From: Aureliella sp.
GTDB taxonomy: Bacteria; Planctomycetota; Planctomycetia; Pirellulales; Pirellulaceae
Reading direction: 5' to 3'
Length of the DNA stretch: 64,000 nucleotides
Assembly: GCA_963691875.1 (NCBI GenBank)
Contig: OY829846.1
Coordinates: 2,336,001 to 2,400,000, forward strand
The position numbers were made by a program, and so were the translations under genes. Positions 42,623 to 51,998 of the stretch are shown here, piece by piece (within the stretch, counting starts at the first letter, position 1; the number at the start of each line of letters is the position of its first letter). The notes under the pieces are model-generated. The model did not search any database. It saw nothing but the letters and a program-made list of their open reading frames with translations, and was not told the DNA's origin.

Positions 42623-42985
42623 GTGAAGCTTAAGAAGATCATCAACAACCAGCGGAAGCGTCGAACTTTTCGAGTCCGAAACAAGGTTCGTGGCGATGGA
42701 CAACGTCCGCGACTGTGTGTGAACCGAACACTGAAGCACTTTTCTTGTCAGCTGATTGACGACGAGAAGGGGCTGACGATTGCATCGGCTTCCACGAAAG
42801 ACAAGTCAACCACTGCTGGCAGCGGAAGCAACTGCGATGCAGCTTCTGCGGTCGGCAAGGCAATTGCTGAGAAGGCCCTCGCGGCCGGCGTAAAAGCGGT
42901 CCGACTGGATCGTGGCTCCTGCAGGTACCACGGACGAGTTGCGGCGTTTGCCAATGCGGCTCGAGAAGGCGGCTTGGAGCTGTAA
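42623..42985 (+). CDS. rplR: 50S ribosomal protein L18
   Basis: RPRLCV, QLIDD, YHGRV and AREGGL. Confidence 0.97.
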   Translation: MKLKKIINNQRKRRTFRVRNKVRGDGQRPRLCVNRTLKHFSCQLIDDEKGLTIASASTKDKSTTAGSGSNCDAASAVGKAIAEKALAAGVKAVRLDRGSCRYHGRVAAFANAAREGGLEL

Positions 42986-43029
42986 ACGAAACATCAATAT
43001 CCTTGATTATCAGGTGGAGTGCCAAGTAA

Positions 43030-43521
43030 GTGGCCAATGCAAACGAACAAACCGGTGATGGCTCGATAGAACGAGTCCTTAAGATCAAGCGATGTGCAGC
43101 CGTTGTAAAAGGCGGTCGTCGCTTCAGCTTTGCTGCCTTGGTTGTTGTCGGTGATGGCAAGGGCAAAGTGGGCTTTGGTTATGGCAAGGCCAACGAAGTT
43201 CCTCCAAGTGTCCAAAAGGCACAGAAACAAGCCAACCGCAACACGGTCGAAGTTCCCTTGGTAGACGGCACGATACCGCACCAGGCGATCGGAAACTTCG
43301 GTGCGGCCAAAGTAATTTTGGTCCCAGCCAGCCCTGGTACCGGTATTATTGCCGGACCTGCAGTACGAGCTGTGTGTGAAGCAGCCGGCATCAAGGACAT
43401 TTTAACCAAGAGCTTCAGTTCTAATAATCCCTCTGTACTCGTCAAGGCAACGTTCGACGCTCTGAAGAAGCTGCGAACGCGTGATGAGGTTGAGCGTCTG
43501 CGTGGGGTAACGTTGTCATGA
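43030..43521 (+). CDS. rpsE: 30S ribosomal protein S5
   Basis: [18 protein letters not shown] and GTGIIAG. Confidence 0.98.
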   Translation: MANANEQTGDGSIERVLKIKRCAAVVKGGRRFSFAALVVVGDGKGKVGFGYGKANEVPPSVQKAQKQANRNTVEVPLVDGTIPHQAIGNFGAAKVILVPASPGTGIIAGPAVRAVCEAAGIKDILTKSFSSNNPSVLVKATFDALKKLRTRDEVERLRGVTLS

Positions 43522-44015
43522 GATTAGACCAAGTCAATCAGGGGATTAAGAAGTTCCGCAAGAAACGGCGACTTGGTCGTGGACCAGCGTCTGGACAGGG
43601 CAAGACCTCTGGTCGTGGTCAAGACGGGCAAAAGTCACGTCGTGGATTCTCTCGACACCCTGCAAAGGTCGGTGAAGACCTGCCAATGCAGCGTCGCGTT
43701 CCCAAGCGAGGTTTTAATAACCGCTTTGCTACGACTGTCATCGCTCTAAATGTGAGCGACATTTCCGCCGTCTTCGAGGCTGGTGCAGAAGTCACACCTG
43801 CTACGCTGAAGGCGAAGGGCCTAGTAAAGAAACGTTACGACGAGATCAAGATTCTCGGTGATGGCGAAATCGACAAAGCTCTCAAAGTCGCTGTGCATCG
43901 ATATTCGGCCAGCGCCAAGGAAAAAATTTCCGCGGCAGGTGGTACAGTTACCGAGGTGAAGGCGAAGCGCACTCCGAAAGAGCGCGTTGCCGACTTGGCC
44001 AAGGTAAAAAAGTAG
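43518..44015 (+). CDS. rplO: 50S ribosomal protein L15
   Basis: [25 protein letters not shown] and KILGDGE. Confidence 0.97.
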   Translation: MRLDQVNQGIKKFRKKRRLGRGPASGQGKTSGRGQDGQKSRRGFSRHPAKVGEDLPMQRRVPKRGFNNRFATTVIALNVSDISAVFEAGAEVTPATLKAKGLVKKRYDEIKILGDGEIDKALKVAVHRYSASAKEKISAAGGTVTEVKAKRTPKERVADLAKVKK

Positions 44016-44077
44016 TCAGCGAATGAATAGTTCGGTCTTCGCGGCCGAAATCGCAAACGACGACAGGAGTCTAGGTC

Positions 44078-45445
44078 ATGTGGCAAAAACTTAGAGTTGT
44101 CTTCACGATTCCCGAGCTGCGCTCCAAGATCTTGCTCACCCTCGGGTTGCTTGCGATCTATCGAGTCGGCTACCAAATCCCATTGCCGATGGTCGACTCC
44201 AGTCCAGGTGGGAGCGGCAATCAGGTCGACAATTTCCTTGAGCGGATCTCTGTTTTCGCTGCAACCGATTTGCGTCAGCTGACCATTTTTGGTCTGGGTA
44301 TCATGCCCTATATCTCTGCTTCGATTGTGTTCCAGTTACTAGGCAGCGTCTGGCCACCGATCGAGCGCCTTCGCAAGGAAGGTCAGACAGGGATGAAGAA
44401 GATCAACGAATACACGCGTTATTTGACAGTGATCCTTTGCGTTCTTCAGTCGATCGTGTTTCTGAAGTACGCACCAGTCGTCAACTTCCAACCAGCATTT
44501 TGCAACCCTGGCTCGAACGAGTTGCACTTTGGCTGGTTCATGACCGCCGTCGCCATTATGACTGGCGGCACCGTGTTCTTGATGTGGCTCGGTGAGCAGA
44601 TAGATGAATACGGGATCGGTAACGGTATCAGCTTGTTGATCATGGCCAGTATTTTGGCTCAGATGCCTCAAGCAATGATCGACCTTCGCCAGAATATGTC
44701 GACGCAGTTGAGCGGCTCCTCCGGGCAAATTGGGCCTGATAAGTTGATAGTATTAGCTGCCCTGTTTGTTGCCGTAGTCTTCGGTGTGGTGTTTATCACG
44801 ATGGGTCAGAGACGCATTCAAACCCAGAGTGCTAAGCACGTTCGTGGTCGTCGCGTCTATGGTGGGACCAAGCAGTTCTTGCCACTTCGAATCAATCAAG
44901 CTGGCGTGATGCCGATCATTTTCGCGAGTAGCTTGTTGATGATTCCTGGTCTGCTGGTTGGCTTTGTTGCGAGCTGGTTTGTGGATACGAAGAATCCAGA
45001 GTCAATTTGGTCCGGGATCGCGAATTTGTTGTCGATGGTTTCAAACGGTCTGACCTCTGGTCAATCGCTTTTGTACATCGTGATGTATATCGCAATGATC
45101 TTCTTCTTTTGCTACTTCTGGACTTCGATCACTTTCAATCCGAAAGAGATGTCCGAGAACCTGAAGGACCATGGGACCTTTATTCCCGGCTATCGCCCAG
45201 GAAAGCGGACTGCAGATTACCTCGAAAAGGTGATGCTTCGAATCACTTACGTTGGTGCTGGCTTCTTGGCTGCAGTTGCGATTGTTCCCATCTTGGTGAA
45301 CATTCAACTGGCGATTCCGTTCTCGGTCGCCTCCTTTTATGGTGGCACCAGTCTCTTGATTGCAGTGAGTGTGGCTTTTGATCTTATCCAGAAGATAGAC
45401 AATCACTTGCTAATGCGAAGCTATAAGGGACTACTGGAGTCGTAG
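44078..45445 (+). CDS. secY: Preprotein translocase subunit SecY
   Basis: LGIMPYISASI, WLGEQI, GIGNGISL, AGVMPIIFAS and IPGYRPG. Confidence 0.98.
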   Translation: MWQKLRVVFTIPELRSKILLTLGLLAIYRVGYQIPLPMVDSSPGGSGNQVDNFLERISVFAATDLRQLTIFGLGIMPYISASIVFQLLGSVWPPIERLRKEGQTGMKKINEYTRYLTVILCVLQSIVFLKYAPVVNFQPAFCNPGSNELHFGWFMTAVAIMTGGTVFLMWLGEQIDEYGIGNGISLLIMASILAQMPQAMIDLRQNMSTQLSGSSGQIGPDKLIVLAALFVAVVFGVVFITMGQRRIQTQSAKHVRGRRVYGGTKQFLPLRINQAGVMPIIFASSLLMIPGLLVGFVASWFVDTKNPESIWSGIANLLSMVSNGLTSGQSLLYIVMYIAMIFFFCYFWTSITFNPKEMSENLKDHGTFIPGYRPGKRTADYLEKVMLRITYVGAGFLAAVAIVPILVNIQLAIPFSVASFYGGTSLLIAVSVAFDLIQKIDNHLLMRSYKGLLES

Positions 45446-45492
45446 CCGGTATTGGCCGCTGCGGATCCATGGAGTGAGCAGGATTCTTAGGA

Positions 45493-46074
45493 ATGCGAAT
45501 TGTCTTCATTGGTCCCCCCGGGGCGGGCAAGGGAACCCAATGCAAGCGATTGGTTGAATCGCTGCAGATGCCGCAGCTTTCCACAGGAGACATGCTTCGT
45601 GAAGTGCGCGGCCAAAGCTCGGCTCTAGGTCGTTGGGTTGCTGGGCACATCGATGCTGGTCAACTAGCGCCCGACCACTTGGTGATGCGAATCGTCGCTC
45701 AACGATTGACTGACGAAGATTGTCAGGCGGGTTGCCTTTTCGATGGCTTTCCGCGGACTTTGGTCCAAGCTCAATTGCTCGAAGAGCATTTTGAGAAGAC
45801 AAAGCTGGAATTGGATTTGGTGCTGGAATTGACGGGCGAATCAAGTCTTTTGACTTCTCGCCTTTTGAAACGAGCCGAAATAGAAAACCGTGCCGATGAT
45901 AACGAGGAGACGATCCGCGCGCGACTAGAAGTGTACCGAGCGCAGACTGCACCGCTGATCAACCACTATGGCGAGGCGGGACTACTGGAGTCAGTCGATG
46001 GGATGCAACAGCCCGACAAAGTCTTCGCGGACATCATGGCCATCATAAGCCGACGGAGTGCAGCAAAAGGATAG
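45493..46074 (+). CDS. adk: Adenylate kinase (short form)
   Basis: GPPGAGKGTQ, LSTGDMLR, DGFPRT and RADDNEE. Confidence 0.97.
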   Translation: MRIVFIGPPGAGKGTQCKRLVESLQMPQLSTGDMLREVRGQSSALGRWVAGHIDAGQLAPDHLVMRIVAQRLTDEDCQAGCLFDGFPRTLVQAQLLEEHFEKTKLELDLVLELTGESSLLTSRLLKRAEIENRADDNEETIRARLEVYRAQTAPLINHYGEAGLLESVDGMQQPDKVFADIMAIISRRSAAKG

Positions 46075-46096
46075 TCATTCGTCATGAAGTTACGAC

Positions 46097-46126
46097 TTGT
46101 CAGGTTGGCTTTGCCTGCGATACAAT
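46097..46126 (+). promoter_or_regulatory. Possible sigma70 promoter of the alpha (rpsM) segment
   Basis: TTGTCA-18 nt-TACAAT, about 110 nt upstream of rpsM. Confidence 0.5.
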
Positions 46127-46236
46127 GCTCGATTCTAAGAAAACCGAGAAGAACATAGACCGGTCGTTGATCGACCTAAGTGCTGGAATAGCAACGATTT
46201 ATTAAGAACCAAATCAATTAGTTTAAGGAGCATTCC

Positions 46237-46620
46237 GTGCCGCGTTTACTCGGTGTGGACATTCCCAACGACAAAAAAGTAGTGATTTCGCTGACTTACA
46301 TCTTCGGTGTTGGTCCGCATGTTGCTCGGGAAGTTTGCGAAACGACCAAGATCGATCCGTACAAGCAAGCTCGTGACCTGAATGAGGACGAGTTGAGTCG
46401 TTTGTCGACCTTGCTGGAACGTGACTACAACGTCGAAGGTCCACTACGTCGCTCTGTGACACAAAATATCACTCGCCTGCGTGAAATTAAGTGCTATCGC
46501 GGGTTCCGGCACCGTACCAGTTTGCCGGTACGTGGACAGCGAACCCGAACGAACGCTCGCACGCGTAAGGGCCCGAGAAAGACGGTCGCGGGTAAAAAGG
46601 GCGTGAAGGATTTGCGTTAG
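46237..46620 (+). CDS. rpsM: 30S ribosomal protein S13
   Basis: GVDIP, YRGFRH and LPVRGQRTRTNARTRKG. Confidence 0.98.
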   Translation: MPRLLGVDIPNDKKVVISLTYIFGVGPHVAREVCETTKIDPYKQARDLNEDELSRLSTLLERDYNVEGPLRRSVTQNITRLREIKCYRGFRHRTSLPVRGQRTRTNARTRKGPRKTVAGKKGVKDLR

Positions 46621-46715
46621 TCTTAGCTGCAGGCTGGCTGGCCTGTGGTTCGAGGCAAGGACTCCTTTGCACGACACGAAACATACTTTTGTAACTGAGA
46701 TAAAGAGGTAGATCG

Positions 46716-47096
46716 GTGGCTAAGGTCAAGAGACGCAAGCAACGCCGGAACGTGACGATGGGCATCGCCCACATTCAGTCGACGTTCAACAATACAACTG
46801 TGACGATCACTGACACCAAGGGTGACACTTTGTGCTGGGCAAGTGCCGGTACATGTGGCTTCAAAGGTAGTCGTAAGAGCACTCCTTTTGCAGGTCAGGT
46901 TGCTGCACAACAGGCTGCTGAGAAGGCAGCCAAGTTCGGCATGAAGGACGTCGAAGTTCGCGTAAAGGGTCCCGGCTCCGGACGTGAAAGTGCCATTACT
47001 GCCCTTCAAGCAGCTGGCATCAACGTTAAGTTGATCGAAGACGTCACCCCGATTCCTCACAACGGCTGTCGACCTCGCAAGCGACGCCGCGTTTAG
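46716..47096 (+). CDS. rpsK: 30S ribosomal protein S11
   Basis: STFNNT, KSTPFA and [12 protein letters not shown]. Confidence 0.98.
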   Translation: MAKVKRRKQRRNVTMGIAHIQSTFNNTTVTITDTKGDTLCWASAGTCGFKGSRKSTPFAGQVAAQQAAEKAAKFGMKDVEVRVKGPGSGRESAITALQAAGINVKLIEDVTPIPHNGCRPRKRRRV

Positions 47097-47235
47097 GATC
47101 GGCCGATTGTATTGCTATAGGTCGTAGTTTGACGCCGAAACGGCGGTTACCGAAAGTCGAGTTCTGCCGCCCAGACAGCTCCATCGACTTTCCAACAGAC
47201 TTCATCTGGTGAACAACTAGAATTAGGGAACGAAG

Positions 47236-48228
47236 ATGCACATTAAATGGCGTGGCCTGGAACTTCCAAGTGCTGTCCATCCTGATCAACACACTCTGTC
47301 TCAGACTTACGGAAAGTTTGTTGCAGAGCCGTTCGAGCGTGGTTTTGGTACTACGGTCGGAAACAGCCTGCGTCGAGTTCTGCTTTCCAGCCTGGAAGGC
47401 AGTGCCATCACTCAGATTAAGATTCGCGGGGCTCAGCACGAGTTCACCACCATTCCTGGCGTCCTCGAAGACGTTACGGACATCGTTCTAAACGTCAAAT
47501 CGTTAGTCGTGAAGAACCACAGCGATTCGACGCGAGTAATCACTGTCGAGCGAAATTCCGCTGGCGTCATCACCGGCGAAGACGTTCAAGCAGATGCAGA
47601 CGTCGAGATCATCAACAAGCACCATGTCTTGGCGACTTTGACAGACGATCAGCCGTTCGTCATGGAAATGGTTGTCGAAAACGGACGCGGCTATGTCCCG
47701 GCGACAGAGCACAGCACCCGTGATCACGAGATTGGTATCATCCCTGTCGATGCTGTCTTCAGTCCGGTCGTACGAGTTCGCTACGATGTTGAGGAAACTC
47801 GCGTTGGACAAAAGACAAACTACGACAAGTTGAATCTGGAAGTTTGGACAGACGGGTCGATCGGTCCAGAAATGGCCTTGGTTGAAGCCGCCAAGATCTT
47901 CCGCAAGCATTTGAATCCTTTTGTGCAGTATACCGAACTTGGGCAACAAGTTCATGCTACCGCTCGCGGTGGCCCAGGTTCTGCCGAAGCACAATTGGAA
48001 GCCAAGCTCAACACTCCCGTTGCAGACTTGCGGCTAAGCGTTCGTGCTGCCAACTGCTTGGAGAGCGAAGGGATTCACTTGATTCGCGAGTTGGTACAAC
48101 GTAACGAAGACCAGTTGCTCGAGATCCGCAACTTTGGCGAAACCACTCTGACGGAAGTACGTGACAAGCTGGCTACGCTTGGCTTGCACCTAGGCATGCG
48201 ATTGCCTTCAGCTCAGACATTTCAATAA
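47236..48228 (+). CDS. rpoA: RNA polymerase alpha subunit
   Basis: [29 protein letters not shown] and LSVRAANCL. Confidence 0.98.
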   Translation: MHIKWRGLELPSAVHPDQHTLSQTYGKFVAEPFERGFGTTVGNSLRRVLLSSLEGSAITQIKIRGAQHEFTTIPGVLEDVTDIVLNVKSLVVKNHSDSTRVITVERNSAGVITGEDVQADADVEIINKHHVLATLTDDQPFVMEMVVENGRGYVPATEHSTRDHEIGIIPVDAVFSPVVRVRYDVEETRVGQKTNYDKLNLEVWTDGSIGPEMALVEAAKIFRKHLNPFVQYTELGQQVHATARGGPGSAEAQLEAKLNTPVADLRLSVRAANCLESEGIHLIRELVQRNEDQLLEIRNFGETTLTEVRDKLATLGLHLGMRLPSAQTFQ

Positions 48229-48296
48229 GCAAAACATTTAGTCGGCTGTCGTCAGATAAGCATGAGACGACGACGATAATCATTCGGAATTAGACG

Positions 48297-49010
48297 ATGA
48301 GACACAGAAGAAAAGGACGTACGCTCGGCCGCTCGCCGAGCCACCGTCGCGCTTTGTTTCGCAACCTTGCATCCGCCCTTATTCTGACTTCTAAGGAAGA
48401 TACAGAGCTGGATGACAATGCACCGAAGGTGAAGGGTCGCATTACGACCACGATCGCCAAGGCAAAGGAAGTACGTCCTTTCGTCGAAAAGTGCATCACC
48501 ATCGCGAAGAAGGGCTATGCGGCTCAGCAAAATGCGGAGCAGTATAATACCGACGCAGATCGCAATTCGGACGAGTGGAAGTCCTGGCGCAAGTCAGAGG
48601 ACTACGCGAAGTGGGTTGAAGCAAACGCACCTAACGTGAACGCTCGCCGCCGCTTGTTCCAGATGCTACGAAACAAGGAAGCCGTTTCCATTCTGATGGA
48701 AGTCCTGGCTGAGATGTTTGAAGATCGCCCGGGTGGATACACTCGCATTATGCGACTGGCAACTCCGCGACTGGGTGATAACGGCACCCGAGCAATCTTG
48801 GAATTCGTTGGCAAGAACGACCGAGTTCTAAAGAAGGCTGAAAAGCCGGACTTTGGTGGTGACGACGAAGACGAAAAAGAAGTTGCCGAAGCCGACGGCG
48901 AGCCCGACTCCGCGGTAGAAGCGGAAGAGGAGCCCAGCACCGGTGATGACAGCGCTACAGAAGCGGACGGTGAGAATGCATCTGCGGAAGACGAGAATAA
49001 AGGCGAATAG
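48297..49010 (+). CDS. rplQ: 50S ribosomal protein L17 with internal insertion and acidic tail
   Basis: MRHRRKGRTLGR, ITTTIAKAKE and RPGGYTRI. Confidence 0.96.
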   Translation: MRHRRKGRTLGRSPSHRRALFRNLASALILTSKEDTELDDNAPKVKGRITTTIAKAKEVRPFVEKCITIAKKGYAAQQNAEQYNTDADRNSDEWKSWRKSEDYAKWVEANAPNVNARRRLFQMLRNKEAVSILMEVLAEMFEDRPGGYTRIMRLATPRLGDNGTRAILEFVGKNDRVLKKAEKPDFGGDDEDEKEVAEADGEPDSAVEAEEEPSTGDDSATEADGENASAEDENKGE

Positions 49011-49012
49011 TC

Positions 49013-49177
49013 ATGGCAAAGAGCAAGAAGAAGAAGGAAATCATTCACCTCGTCTGTGAAGAGACTGGTGATTACAACTACACGCTCAAGCGAAAGACCG
49101 GTGGTGAGAAACTTCGGATTAAGAAGTTTTGCCCTCGCTTGAGAAAGCACACCGTCCATGTAGAAAAGAAGAAGTAG
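49013..49177 (+). CDS. rpmG: 50S ribosomal protein L33 (54 aa; below the ORF-track cutoff)
   Basis: Manual translation MAKSKKKKEIIHLVCEETGDYNYTLKRKTGGEKLRIKKFCPRLRKHTVHVEKKK. Confidence 0.93.
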   Translation: MAKSKKKKEIIHLVCEETGDYNYTLKRKTGGEKLRIKKFCPRLRKHTVHVEKKK

Positions 49178-49204
49178 TCTTCTAGTCGCAGCAAATACAA
49201 TTGC

Positions 49205-49239
49205 AAAAGCCAAGTAGTTCTCTCTACTTGGCTTTTTTT
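49205..49239 (+). terminator. Intrinsic terminator closing the ribosomal superoperon
   Basis: AAAAGCCAAGTAG-TTCTCT-CTACTTGGCTTTTTTT perfect hairpin with T-tract. Confidence 0.9.
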
Positions 49240-49355
49240 GTTTCTCCCAGCACAAGTGAGGCTAGGCTCCTTTGCAAAGACCGAAGCTGGGTGCAATGCA
49301 TCTGCTATCCTAACATTTTCCCCGTAGCGGCACTCTTAACGCACTGTACTGACTG

Positions 49356-51014
49356 ATGAATCGAACACATGTCTTAACTGCGTCTTGCCATGCACTTGCA
49401 ATCTGCTTGATGCTCGCAATTGGCTCCTCGGTGCTCGCGCAGGATGCTGTCACGCGTGTTTTCATCTTCGCTGGCCAGTCCAACATGGTTGGCTCGGATT
49501 CACGCGTCGATGACGTTAATAACTTTGCACCATTCAAGGGCTATGGCGGAATCCAGCAGGACGTTCTTTTCTGGTACTGCATTGGAAGGGAGAACAAGAC
49601 GAAATCCAACGGCTGGGGGCAATTGAAACCGATTCGAGATATTGTCGGCCCTGAGCTGAGCTTTGCGCGAGAAGTAGGAAAACACAGCGATGTTCCGATC
49701 GCAATTATCAAAGTCGCCGCAGGTGGCACCCACCTCGGTGGTGATTGGAATCCAGATGAGCCACAAGGCTTTAAGATGTATCCACTTGCTCTAGAGCAGG
49801 TGCAGGATGCGTTGGCCGGTCTCCAGAAGGCGAACATCAAGTATCGTTTAGAAGGCTTCATTTGGCATCAAGGCGAGAACGACATGTTTAACGAAGAATA
49901 CAAATTGAGCTATGGCCCGAATCTGACGAACTTCATGGCTCGCTGGCGCAAAGACCTTGGAACGCCAAACCTGAAGTTCTTTGTAGGTGAACTGTGCACC
50001 AAAACCATTTGGGGCATGGACTTGCGGCCGAGAATGTACGCCATTAGCGAAGGCCAGAAGAAAGCTATCGCTAGCGACGCAAACGCCGAATACATTCCAA
50101 CGTCGCATGTCGGTGTTGAGATCGGCAATCCCGTTGGCCTACATTACCACTATGGCACGCTGGGGCAGCTCGAACACGGCATCAACTACGCTCACGCTTA
50201 TCTGAGAGACATCGGAAAACTCCCAGAGCGGTCACACACTGAATGGATCAAGCCAAAATCAAAGACGATCCGCCTTTTCATATTTGCTGGCCATCGGAAC
50301 ATGGAAGGAGAACGTAGTTTTGTGCAGGACTTGGCAGTTGCTGACGCCGAGCTGGCAAAGCCCATGCCTGACGTCGGATTCAAGTTCAGCCTAGGAGGCG
50401 GTGTGAAGACCTCTAATGGATGGCAAGCCCTTGAACCCGCTGGCTATTACGACACCTATGGGCCGGAACTTAGCTTTGCCCGGCCTATCCTGAACGACTC
50501 AAACAACCCAACTCCCATTGCGATCGCCAAGTTCACACACAGTGGCTCGCAAATGAACGACTGGACTCCAGAGGGCAGTGTTGCCATTACGCGTCACCTA
50601 TATCCTGCATGGATCAAGTTCATCAGCGAGAGTATCAAGGAGTTAGAAGAGGAAGGATACTCGGTTCAGCTGCAAGGCATCTTCTATCACGTTGGCGAGA
50701 ACGAGATGTCGATGCATCCGTATCGCAAGAGTGCGGCGAAGTGGCTTAGAGCTACCGTTGAACAAACTCGACTAGATCTCCAGCTACCCGATCTGCCTTG
50801 GTTCGTTTCCCAGCAGCCGCCAACCGATCACAAGAACGTCAACGGCCTCGACGTCGTCAGTGACATCCGAACACTGTCAGAGTCGGACTCTGCGATGCAT
50901 CATATTTACATCGAAGACTTCCCGCCACAGCCCAAACGATTGGTGCTCGACACTGCAGGCATTTTGCATTTAGGCAAGCGGCTCGCAGCCGGTTATTTGG
51001 ATGTTAGCGAATAG
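49356..51014 (+). CDS. Sialate O-acetylesterase-like (SASA/DUF303, SGNH) protein with tandem domains
   Basis: Signal peptide; FAGQSNM, GPELSFAR and WHQGEND; second copy FAGHRNM, GPELSFAR and YHVGENE. Confidence 0.85.
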   Translation: MNRTHVLTASCHALAICLMLAIGSSVLAQDAVTRVFIFAGQSNMVGSDSRVDDVNNFAPFKGYGGIQQDVLFWYCIGRENKTKSNGWGQLKPIRDIVGPELSFAREVGKHSDVPIAIIKVAAGGTHLGGDWNPDEPQGFKMYPLALEQVQDALAGLQKANIKYRLEGFIWHQGENDMFNEEYKLSYGPNLTNFMARWRKDLGTPNLKFFVGELCTKTIWGMDLRPRMYAISEGQKKAIASDANAEYIPTSHVGVEIGNPVGLHYHYGTLGQLEHGINYAHAYLRDIGKLPERSHTEWIKPKSKTIRLFIFAGHRNMEGERSFVQDLAVADAELAKPMPDVGFKFSLGGGVKTSNGWQALEPAGYYDTYGPELSFARPILNDSNNPTPIAIAKFTHSGSQMNDWTPEGSVAITRHLYPAWIKFISESIKELEEEGYSVQLQGIFYHVGENEMSMHPYRKSAAKWLRATVEQTRLDLQLPDLPWFVSQQPPTDHKNVNGLDVVSDIRTLSESDSAMHHIYIEDFPPQPKRLVLDTAGILHLGKRLAAGYLDVSE

Positions 51015-51016
51015 GA

Positions 51017-51757
51017 ATGAAACTCGCCGCCGCACAGACTCGACCCAATCCAGGCGACATCCAAGAGAACTTGCGTCAGCACCTGAGTCTCATTCAGCTT
51101 GCAGCGGAACACGACGTCGATCACATCGTCTTTCCTGAGCTCTCGCTTACAGGATACTTGCTACACAAAGCCCAGATTATGGCAGCGAGGATTGGGCCCG
51201 AGCAGCTAGACGCTCTTCAAGCCCTGGCTGATGAGCTCCTACTATCGATCACTGTTGGCTTACCTACACCGGACGCAACATGTTCCTCGCAGCTCCCAAA
51301 AATCTCTGCGATTACCTTCGCACCTGACAGTAAACAACACGTTTATTCAAAGCGATTCCTACACGAGGATGAACTTCCTTATTTTTCTCAAGGTAGCACA
51401 GACAATCTGTTGATCAGCAGGAGCGCAAGAATCGCGTTAGCCATATGTTTTGAAAACACGCAAGAAGCTCACCTCGACGAGGCATTGCGGCAAGGAGCAG
51501 AGATTTACATCGCAAGTGTCGCGAAGACAGAACGAGGCATGCAATCCGCCAAGAAGCGTCTAGCGAACGTTTGTGAGCAGCACGGTATACCGACACTGCT
51601 TGTCAACTCCATTGGACTTCAAGGCGGCGAAGCCTGTGCGGGCGGCACTGCAGCTTGGGATGCGTCCGGCAACTTGCTTGCCGAGCTGGATAACAGAACG
51701 CCTGGCATACTCATATTGGATACCTCATCGCAGCATGCGATTATCGCCGAATTGTGA
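51017..51757 (+). CDS. Carbon-nitrogen hydrolase (nitrilase superfamily)
   Basis: E-K-C triad in VFPELSLTGY, YSKRFLH and AICFE. Confidence 0.92.
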   Translation: MKLAAAQTRPNPGDIQENLRQHLSLIQLAAEHDVDHIVFPELSLTGYLLHKAQIMAARIGPEQLDALQALADELLLSITVGLPTPDATCSSQLPKISAITFAPDSKQHVYSKRFLHEDELPYFSQGSTDNLLISRSARIALAICFENTQEAHLDEALRQGAEIYIASVAKTERGMQSAKKRLANVCEQHGIPTLLVNSIGLQGGEACAGGTAAWDASGNLLAELDNRTPGILILDTSSQHAIIAEL

Positions 51758-51998
51758 CCGAGGGCTTCTAGACTCTCGGCCGGCAGTAGATGAGGCTTCG
51801 AATCTAGTAACAATGTGCTCAAAGCCCGTCGGACCAAGGCACGCCCGCGTCTGGGGCTGACCGTTAAACGATCCGCCTGAACACTGGTTGCGGAAGCCGT
51901 CAATGGCCTGTACCCGCATACGTCCCTCACTCGCTCACCTAACGGCAATCCAGACTCGCTTTTACGAAAGGCAGTCGAGTCGTGCTGCGACGTAAGCA

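Noticed and set aside
46084..46158. Small ORF MKLRLVRLALPAIQCSILRKPRRT at the usual rpmJ position
   Set aside because: It lacks the L36 pattern and length, and it overlaps a likely promoter.
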